The notes under the pieces: model-generated
Database searches by the model: none
The model's input: only the letters and a program-made list of their open reading frames with translations
What the model was told of the DNA's origin: nothing
Shown here: positions 35,788-64,000 of the stretch, one piece after another
Position numbering within the stretch: position 1 is the stretch's first letter
Layout: every line of letters starts with the position of its first letter
Made by a program: the position numbers and the translations under genes
Source: Ministeria vibrans ATCC 50519
Taxonomy: Eukaryota; Protista; Filasterea
NCBI GenBank assembly: GCA_943704425.1
Contig: CALSCP010000883.1
Location: forward strand, 77,120 to 141,119
Reading direction: 5' to 3'
Length of the DNA: 64,000 nucleotides

Positions 35788-38264
35788 ATGCCGACGCGTT
35801 CACGGGTGCTGCGCGTCGCCATCGTCGCGACGTGCATCAAACTGCTGTTACTGCCGACTGATCTGTACCGCAGCACAGACTTTGAGGTGCACCGCAATTG
35901 GCTGGCCATCACGCATTCGTTGCCATTGCGCGAATGGTATGTTGAGGTAGGCGCTGTGTGTGAGCGAATGAGCGAGTTTTTTTTTTTTTCCATCATAATA
36001 ATAATAATATTTCCAGGACACTTCACAGTGGACTCTCGACTATCCGCCGCTCTTTGCGTGGTTCGAGTGGCTGCTGAGTCAGCTTGCCGTCTTGTGCGAC
36101 CCTCGGATGGTCGAGGTGGATGCGCTGGAGTACGCGTCGACGGCAACAGTGGTGTTCCAGCGCCTGTCCGTTGTGCTGGCGGATGTGCTTCTCGTTGGCG
36201 CTCTTGTGTCGTACTGCCGCTCGTTTGCGCGCAACGAACGACGCCCCATCCGCACCATTGTCACTGCCGCGCTCACCCTCTGCTCCTTTGGTCTCGTTGT
36301 CGTCGATCACATTCACTTCCAAGTCAGTCGACGCACTCTGGAAGGATCACATTACATTACATTAGTCATACTCATTGTTGCTCTTTGTATAGTACAACGG
36401 ATTTCTCTTTGGCCTTTTAGTGGCCAGCATTGCCGCCTTCCGCCACCGCCAGTACCTTGCAGGCGCGCTCCTCTTTGCCCTTCTGCTCAACTTCAAACAC
36501 ATCTTTCTCTATGTTGCTCCCGCTTACTTCATTTTTCTCCTTCGCGCCTACTGTTTTCACGTCGAGTCTGCAACCGCTCAAGGGTAAACCCCTACAATCA
36601 TGCCATCGTATCTAATTCGTTTTTTTCTCGAAAAAAAAATAGGAGAAATGCTCTGAGTTCTTTTTCGCTTTCGCGCTTTCTCTCACTCGCGGGAATTGTC
36701 GCTAGTGTGTTTCTGGTCACGTGGATTCCCTTTATCTATCTTGGACAAATTCCTCAAGTGAGTCACAACGAGAAGATTTGATAAGTGTAGCCCTAATCCT
36801 AATAATGACAAGTGCATCCCGAATGACAAAATGTAACCCTAACTCCAATGGCACACTCTCTCTTCCTTCCTTTGCGAATTAGGTCTTGTCCCGTCTCTTC
36901 CCATTCAAGCGTGGTCTTGTTCATTCCTATTGGGCTCCCAACTTTTGGGCTTTGTACAATGTCGCTGACAAATTGCTCGCAAAAGGTAAACAAAAGTAAA
37001 AAAAAGTGAACAATTGTCTCATTCCATTAAAAATACACTTACAATATTTTCTCTTGTATAGCTTTTTCAGTGTCTATTGGAACGGGAGTCCTTACGGGTG
37101 GACTAGTGGGTGACGTTGCAGTGTCACATGCTGTACTCCCCACAGTCAAACCCATTGCGACCTTTGTCTTGTCCTTTGTCACTATGATTGTAAGTATTTT
37201 TAAGTGTGTGTGTGTGTGTTTGTGTATATACATTGAGTCATTGAGGCACACTTCCTTTCTTTCTTTTAATGATCGAAAATTGAATGCAACTATTGCGCAC
37301 TCACAAACTCCAAACTCTACTCACAATCACCTCTCTCTTCTTCAAACTTATACTTAGGTTCCATTAATCCGCCTGTGGAAACGACCCAATGTTGCACACT
37401 TTGAACGGACAGTGGTTCTCTGTGCATTCAGTGCGTTTCTCTTTGGATGGCATGTTCATGAAAAGGCTGTTCTCCTCATGCTTATTCCATTAGGGTAATA
37501 ACAATCACAAGAAATCACTCGATTCATTTTAAACTTTTGTTTGTGTCTTGGGGTTTAGTCTTCTATCCACTGAATCTGCCAGTATGGCTCGCGTGTTTAC
37601 AATTCTGTCCATTTCCGGTTCTTACAGCCTTTTTCCTCTTCTCTTCAGACCACAAGGTAGCATGATACACGCACCACAAAGATAGCACAAAGACACGAAC
37701 AGCACACATTTTCACATTTTCACATTTTCACCCACTCACAAACATACATAATTATCATATTTTGTCTCACTCACGCGCATTTTAGAAACACTCACCAAAG
37801 TGACCCTTCTGGGAATGTACACTCTGATGCAATGGTTCTTCCTGCATTTTCTCTTTCACGATGCATCTTCTTCTTTTGGCATTGCCCACCAATCTGCGTC
37901 ACTCAAAGCCAAAGCGAACAGCCCAAATAGCGCCTTCTCCGCTTCTGACCGGGACCCTTCTTCTGCCTTCTCTTCATCGTCTTCAAATGTCATTGCATCT
38001 ACTCTCATGTATGGTCCTCCGTCACCACTTACTGCCACGTCTTTTCCCCGTCAACTTGGTGGTCTCCCAATCGCACACGACCCACTGTGTCTTTCGCTCC
38101 TGGAACGTTTGTACCTCATTGGATTTCTCCCCCTCTTTGTCTCGACTGATTTGATCGCGCCACTTCTCTTGCCCCATTTGCCCTTTTTGCCTCTCATGTG
38201 CACTTCCGTCTATTGTGCATTGGGTGTTATGTGGTCGTGGTGGTGTCTCCTTGTTGTAAGATAA
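35788..38264 (+). CDS. ALG8: Dol-P-Glc:Glc1Man9GlcNAc2-PP-Dol alpha-1,3-glucosyltransferase, multi-exon
   Basis: [25 protein letters not shown]|..[22 protein letters not shown]|[26 protein letters not shown]...[32 protein letters not shown]. Confidence 0.96.
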
Positions 38265-38407
38265 AAGCAATAATATTATTAAATTTTTAAATATGCCCAA
38301 TACTTACAAAAAATATTAGTCGACCTTTTGATTATAATAATAATAATAATAAAAATAATAATAATAATTAATTTATTATTATAATAAATTTATTATTATA
38401 ATTATTT

Positions 38408-39378
38408 TTATATTATTTTGTGTGTCTCAAGTCGCATTCGCGCAATCTCCGCTCGCAATCGCTCTATTTCTCGATCGCGTGTCTGCTTCATCAACTCATG
38501 CGCTCGTCGTGTCTGACCAATGCCCAGCTCCAGAATTTTCTGCTCTGCTCGGCGTTCTTCAGCTATGAATGCACCATATCAGTAACAGAAAAAAAAAAAA
38601 AAAAAAAAAAAAATGGGAGGGACCAGTGACCCTGACATGTCGCACGAGTATGCCTGATACTGCCGCATTTTTTCTCGTGTGGCGTACTTGCGTGACGCAA
38701 CTTTGCAATGTTTGAGCAAATCTCTGAATTTTGCTCCGTATGACTGCGCACTGTTGCCTGCAACACTTCCAATCGCCCTTGGAGTGCATTGCGAGCAGAC
38801 TCGCTGTCGCGAATCTGACGATTCTTGTCTGCTATCTCCTTTCGCAAGACGGCCGTCTCAAGCTACGCCAAAATCGTCCGTTCTCTTTCTCTTTCTCTCT
38901 CTCTCTCTCTCTCCTTTCCACACTACCGTTCGCGCTCGCAACTTTTCCGTTGTCTTCGAGTACAACTCTTCTACCCGCTCCAAGTCGAGCCGCAGCGACA
39001 TCAGCGTTGCCTCCATTTTGCGAGTTTCTTCTTCATGCTGCAAACCCCAAACCTCAAATTTTGTGTCGCAATCTCTCCCTCTCTCTCTCTTTTGCTCCCC
39101 ACCGTCTGGCCACAGGTTGCCATCCGAGTATTTGTCTCCTTCACTTGAATCTCCATTGATTGCATCTCCTTGAGCTGCACCGCATAATATCAAACCGGAG
39201 CGCGTTTCAAACACGTCCACGACAATTCAAAACATACCATTGCCTCTTCACGCGCTTGACTTTCAGCGAACGCTTCATTCAACGACTCCTTTGTCTCCTC
39301 TAGAATCGTTCGCTTTGACTTGAGTTCTTGGATCACCGTCAGCATTCGATCGGCGATTCGATTCGCATCGACCGGCAT
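38408..39378 (-). CDS. Coiled-coil hypothetical protein, multi-exon
   Basis: Several minus-strand E/K/R/L-rich heptad-like exons separated by GT-AG introns; no family recognised. Confidence 0.6.
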
Positions 39379-39563
39379 CGAAAAAGAAAAGAAATAGTGT
39401 TGGCAATGAATAATGGTTAATGAATGATTAATGAGTTATTCGAAGAAAAAAAATCGCTTCGTAAAATTATTATAATAATGCGTCTTTTTTTTTGTAAATT
39501 GAACAAAATTCGACAAATATCTTCAAAGAGAGAATAGATCATCTTATAAAAATATATTTTTGT

Positions 39564-42500
39564 CTACATCTTCTTGATCGCATCGATGATCCACGAATCA
39601 TCTCGCTTGCGCAGCGTGGGTGCCGGCGGCATCTCCTTCTGCCGCTCATGCAACGCCACGCGCGCCATCATCTGCGTCAACGACTCGCCCTCACGCGCAC
39701 TCGCTGCTTCCTCCTCGCTGCTATGCGGTGGCCACACGCGATTCACCACGCGAGGACTCTCTCCAAGGAGCACATACAGTGCCTCTTGAAGATCCTCCGC
39801 CAATGCAAACAGTCCAAACACTAGTACAAGAATATACAAAAATGATCAACCAACCCCCACTCATTTGAAGAACACATCACTTACTGCAAAGAGACTCACA
39901 GAGCTCACGAACACTCTCACGACTCGAATCAGCATGTACGAGAATGTCCGAAATGGCGTGCATCAGGGCCTCCTCCTCAAACAGCCCACCGCGACGCAGC
40001 GACCGCTTCTTCATAAGCAGCTTCTTCCGGTTTCGCGACGACTTGGACGAGAGCACACTCGAGAGTGAGGTGGATCGTCGACTCGCCGTCGACCCCAACA
40101 CACTGCTTCCCGTCTCACTAAACAAATCAGCATCATCACCCGCTCCCTCTTCTGCTCCACCCGCCTCGCCCACTCCTCCCCCTCCTCCCAGCGCTTCACG
40201 TCGCTTCTCCTCACGCACTTCGAATAGCCGGGTGACATGCTGACGCAACTGCGTCGTGTTCTCACGTAGCACTTCCAAACGGTGTTCGGCCTCCGCTTGT
40301 GCCAGCGGACGTCCGTCCGTCTCCATCACATCCCACCGTCGTGCGGTACCAGCGACACGTGTCGCCTCACGCCACATGTTGCACTTGAACAGCGACAACA
40401 GTGCCTGCTCAACGTCGTCCGCGTGCTCACGGTACACCACTGCCGCCTCTGCAAAGCGTCCCGCCTCAAACAACTCACGTGCCACTGCGGGTCCCAACTG
40501 CTCGCGCACCGCTGCCGTAGTCAACCCCGAGTCCTTGTGCGTCGCCAGCGCAAACAGACGCTGCCACTGAAGCGCCGCCTGATAGGACGCAATCGCCTCG
40601 GAAATCGCACCACACCGCTCGTACAGTAGCGCTGCGTCGGCCTGGTCACCGCGCTCCTCGGTTGCCTGTGCATACGCAAGCAACACAGCATGATGCAATG
40701 TGGGATGTGCGGTCGCCGAGACAAGACGCAACGCCTGACGATGCAGCGAGTGCTGTCGCGCAAACCCAAGGAGTTTTTTTGTCTGCACTCCTTCGTCGTC
40801 GTCGCTGCTGCCCTTGGCCAGCTCGACAAGATGCACCAGCGCCCGTTCGTGTCGTCCCAAATGACAGTCAATCGCAAAGCGTCGCTCCATCTCGGGCAGC
40901 GCCTGAAGTTCCTGTAAGAAAGGAATGTACTCGCGCGGGTCCTTTTTACTGCGCTCCGCCACCATCAGCACCAGCTCAAAGTCATACAGACCCAGCGCAT
41001 AGTCAAACAACTTGTCGACGGGCACCAGAAAGCACGCGTGGCCCAGCATCGAGTCGGCGCCCGTCAAGTCACCACCGAGACGATGGTCGCGAATCATGTT
41101 GAGCACCGTCTCCAGCTCGGGGGTGCTCTTTCGTGCCAACGACGTGATCACCACCAGACGCAGTCGCTCGCGATCAGCCTCGCTGCACGCTCCACATGCC
41201 ACACGCACCGCATCACACACACGATCCGTCTTACCCTCAGCCGCGGCAGGAGCAGCAGAGACACCACCGGTCACTGACTCAAGAGCGTAGCCGGGATACG
41301 TCGTGACCGTGACATCTTCGTCACGTAGTGCAGCCAAGAGTAGCAACAAGTGATGGTGCTGTTCAATTTCAACATTCTCCTGTGCGCGCAAAAACTGCTC
41401 GAGCACATTGCCAACGTGTGCAAAGAAGCGCGCGGGGCTGCGATCAATGCACAGGTTCATGTCGATGCGATGGAGTCGCATGTCCTCGAGCGCACCAATG
41501 TAGTCACCCGCGTCAAGCAAATCACAGATGCGCTCGAGCACGAGCACACGCGGATGGACCACTTCGAGGTTGCCGCGTGGCATCTGCAGGACCACTCGTG
41601 TGTCGGCTGTCACCGACACGACAATGCGCGAGCCACGCTCGATGTTACGCTCAAAGGGAGGTGCACTCGACGTGGTGGTGCGGTGCGACCAAGGAAGTGC
41701 GTGCAGGACGTGTGCCGACGTGGTGTACAGCAAGTGTGACGAGTGCGCCGACATGGAGGTACACGCTCGACTGATCTCGCGCTCATCGTAGCACAAGTGC
41801 CCATGGGCGCTTAGTGTCACCACAGCAAGGGGCAGCTCGGGCGGTGTGGGAGCCACAGCAAGGTAGAGGGGCGGATAGGCAAGCTCAAACAACGTTGTGA
41901 TAGTACCCTGGCGCAAATCCACACTGACTACACTGCTGCTCGTGGCCAGACCCACGACAAGGGTGTGGGCACCGTGAGAGCACGCGGAAATGGCTCGCTG
42001 AGGCAGCGCCACTGTTGTTGGTGGCTCCTTCGCAGCGGACGAGATGGGCACAACGCAAATGCGGTCGTGCGTGGTGTCGTCGTCGTCTCTGCAAATGTAC
42101 GCAAGCGCTCCAGCGCTGGTCCAGCAAAGGAGACGTGCCGACGCATCGAGGCCGCTTGCAAGTGTGTGGACGTTGCCGTCGGGTGAAAAGTGCACCAGCT
42201 CGCCCGAGACAAGCAGAGCGGCAACGCCTGTGTCAGCGAGTGCACAAGGCACACTTGAGGAATCGGCAAAGGCAACGCAACGACAGGGCGATGCAAAAGG
42301 GAGTTCTTCGGCACACAGAGGTGGAGGAATGCACGCTTGACGGAAATGGGACAGTTTCACTGTGGCGCCGTCAATGACAGCGACCGTCGAGGCACTCGCT
42401 TCCTTGGCCCAACCATGACTCGCGTCCACAGCCCATGCATAGTGAAAGGTGTGCATTACTTCATGGCCATCGCCACGTGCCGACGGGTCTGCGCCCACCG

Positions 42501-43658
42501 TGTACAGCACACCAGCGTTCTCGTCGTCCCAGTGCCACCACAACGGATGCTGCGCTACACTACCAAGACCCAATGACAACTGCTGCCTCAAGTGCCACTG
42601 GTAATTGCTGGCGCTCCAGAGCTGCACTACGTCGTTGCCCAGAGCAACGGCAAGCACGGACGAGTCGCAATTCCACGCGAGTTCTGTCACACGCTGTGCC
42701 TCGTCGACCGGCTGCCGCAGCGTGAACTCGCCGTGACGCAGTCCGTTGCGTTCGTAAAACACAATATCGTGTCGATGAGGACGACGCTGTGACGATGCAA
42801 TGAGACCGCCGTCGGGACGCCATGCGAGGGCACCCTCGACACCCGCCACATGCTCCATCGTAGAGTGCAGTGTACCGTCGCGGGTCCACACGCGCAACTG
42901 ACGACCTTGGTCGGTCGACACCAGTTGACTCGTGACAAAGTAGGCACCGTCACCACGCCAGGCCACACGCGAACGACCATCGTCAAGTTCGCTGGTATTC
43001 GCTTCGCCTGGTCGTGTGGCAGGCGCGTGGGCAGCCGCCTTGCCCGCCGAGCCATGAAACTGCGTCTGCTTGCTTCCCCAGCCCACGGTGACGGGTGCCG
43101 CGGCGCCAAAGCCTTCCTGCGCCAGCGACTGCTCCACCAACAGATCGTACTCTTTGGTCATGACCATGAGCGTGTTGGCGCCCGTCAGCAGCACAAACAG
43201 CTCCTGATCGGCGCTCCAACTCATCGCGACAATGCCAGTCTCCACAGCCCCAACCGACTCTGTCAGCGCTGCGCTGTACTCGATGAGTTCGCCGTTGTCC
43301 AGCGCCACGCACAGCGTGTCCGTCTCGGCAAGGAACTGTACGCCAACGACCGACACGACACGTCCATCGGAACGTGTCGTGTCAAAGACTGAAGTCTGAA
43401 AGTTACCAAAAAAAAAAAAAAAAAAAAAAAAATCAAAGCATGAGAAATCAAATTGGACTGAGTATCAGCTCACTGTACCTCTGTTGCGGTCGACTGATCG
43501 CCAACAACAACAGCTGACTCTGTGGTGCACACATAGAAGGCGGGTGGGACGTCTGCGTCGCTGGTGTACGGCGAGCGAGGCACAACAACAACGTTGTCGG
43601 CGCCTGGAGGGACATCGAATGCCCGCGACCGCGCCAGAGATAGTCTCAGGTTGCGCAT
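39564..43658 (-). CDS. ELP1: Elongator complex subunit 1 (IKAP/IKI3); 3 exons
   Basis: MRNL start; VGWGSKQTQFHGS.GK.AA, WRGDG.YFV, FYERNGLRHGEF, ERGSRIV, VLQMPRGNLEV.HPR.LVL, ALGLYDFELVLMVAE.S.KDPREY.PFL and basic C-terminal SSRNRKK. Confidence 0.97.
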
Positions 43659-43758
43659 GTAGTAGTACGAGCGTGTCGAACGAAGAGAAAAAATGATCAA
43701 AATTCAATTATTTACAGTTCCAACTAATCTTATCTACTTTCTTTCGTGTACAATTCGC

Positions 43759-44700
43759 ATGCTCGGTTCAATCCTGGTGGTGTCCGGCAGCTGCGCCGCA
43801 TTCTGCTGGCTTGTGAAGCAGTCTCAATTTCAACGGCTGCAGCAAATGCGATCGGCTGAAGTGTTGCGTGCACCGACTTCTTCCGACTCTGACTATGCGG
43901 TCATTTCGGGCTGTGTCGTCCCGCTAGAGACACCCGACACTTTGAATGGCCATGAGGTGGTCACGGCTCGACACAAGGTGTTCGAACACGCCTCGGTGTA
44001 TTCGCAGTCGCGCCGGCGCTGGGAGGACCAGCGCAACGAGATTTCGCGCAACGACGCTCGCATTCCGTACGCCGTCCAAGAACGCGACTCGGGGCATCAA
44101 TACCGCGTCACCGAGGCGAGTCGAGCTGAAGAACCCTCTCTTGATGTGATCCACGCCGAAATTGAGCCCTCGTCGGCGCTGGCGCACGTTGCAGGCGCCG
44201 TGACGGGCCACCAGACCAAATTCCTCGAGCGCGTCACGGAAATCCTTCCTGTCGGGTGCATGCTCACGGTAGCGGGTGCAATACGCGATGGCAACACCAT
44301 AGGACCGTCGGCCGTGGGCCCTTACATCATTTCACGCGAAACATGGCCGGCTCTGCTGGCGGCACAGCACGGCACAGTCGAGGGTTGGTCGACCGCCGTC
44401 TCCCTCTTCACGCTCACCACTCTTCTTCTCGCCGCACTCTACATCTACCGCAAACGACGCCCCTCGCCCCCAAGCAGACCCCCTCACAGATCTCCCTCAT
44501 CATTCCCACCCGACATTCCCATCACGGCCAACGATGACGCCTCGCACACCTGCTCCGTCTGCATGGAACATCGCATTGCCGTCCTCTTCAGTCCCTGTGG
44601 CCATGTCTGCTGCTGCGCCTCGTGTGCCCACCGTTGTTCCCTTTGTCCCATCTGTCGTGCGCCCGTTGAGTCTCTTCAACGAGCCTTTCTTGCCTCATAA
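43759..44700 (+). CDS. MUL1: MUL1/SP1-like E3 ubiquitin ligase (TM-GIDE-TM-RING)
   Basis: N-terminal TM; YAVISG.V; E.ILPVG..LT..G; PYIIS; second TM; C3HC4 RING CSVC.......F.PCGHVCCC..C...C..CPICR. Confidence 0.8.
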   Translation: MLGSILVVSGSCAAFCWLVKQSQFQRLQQMRSAEVLRAPTSSDSDYAVISGCVVPLETPDTLNGHEVVTARHKVFEHASVYSQSRRRWEDQRNEISRNDARIPYAVQERDSGHQYRVTEASRAEEPSLDVIHAEIEPSSALAHVAGAVTGHQTKFLERVTEILPVGCMLTVAGAIRDGNTIGPSAVGPYIISRETWPALLAAQHGTVEGWSTAVSLFTLTTLLLAALYIYRKRRPSPPSRPPHRSPSSFPPDIPITANDDASHTCSVCMEHRIAVLFSPCGHVCCCASCAHRCSLCPICRAPVESLQRAFLAS

Positions 44701-44737
44701 TGTAACTTTTGTGTGTGTTTATAATAGCAATAAGTTC

Positions 44738-46269
<1,532 letters not shown>

Positions 46270-46612
46270 TCTGTCGAGTGTGGCCTAGATTAATAATTTA
46301 ATATGAAGTTTGGTCTGTTTGGAGTGTAGTTTGATTGGAGTTTGATTACAAGTGATAAATGAGTCAGATCACTGAGATCGGGCTTAAAAGTGTTACGACT
46401 TTAGACTCACTCAAGTCTTCATATGACTTAGGACTTACTCACCGACTTAGGAGTGATGGGTCAATAAGGTCATGTGTTATGAGTGACTTACGACCCTATG
46501 TCTACGTAATTTAAAATTTTAAATTTGATCTTTCACACTTTTCACCCACTACGATAAACACTCGACTCAAGAAAACTCATCCCCGATCGAATTTGATTCA
46601 GAGCGTCCTGAG

Positions 46613-64000
<17,388 letters not shown>

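Overview
Gene-dense eukaryotic DNA with short GT-AG introns, abundant intronic microsatellites and the standard genetic code. It is probably from a flagellated protist; an animal-relative (holozoan-like) lineage is my inference from gene content, and I cannot identify the species. About 19 protein-coding genes are recognisable: a giant WSC/FN3-like surface protein, a PhoD phosphatase, a molybdopterin oxidoreductase-rhodanese fusion, TM9SF1, ABHD18, a PH-domain protein, a membrane-anchored double cystatin, an SMI1/KNR4-like protein, TMEM33-like and EMI1/C22orf39-like proteins, a polysaccharide deacetylase, ALG8, ELP1, a MUL1-like E3 ligase, a TSPAN13/31-like tetraspanin and a DNAH5/8-type outer-arm dynein heavy chain running off the 3' end. 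The standout is non-coding, at 26400-26529: a circularly permuted tRNA-Arg(ACG) gene. Its 3' half lies upstream of its 5' half, the junction is at position 37/38, and the T-loop is further interrupted by two bulge-helix-bulge introns that appear to need ordered removal. It is flanked by A-box-like relics upstream and a candidate structured small RNA with complementarity to the precursor ends downstream. All exon boundaries and RNA structures were read by eye and need computational and transcript confirmation.
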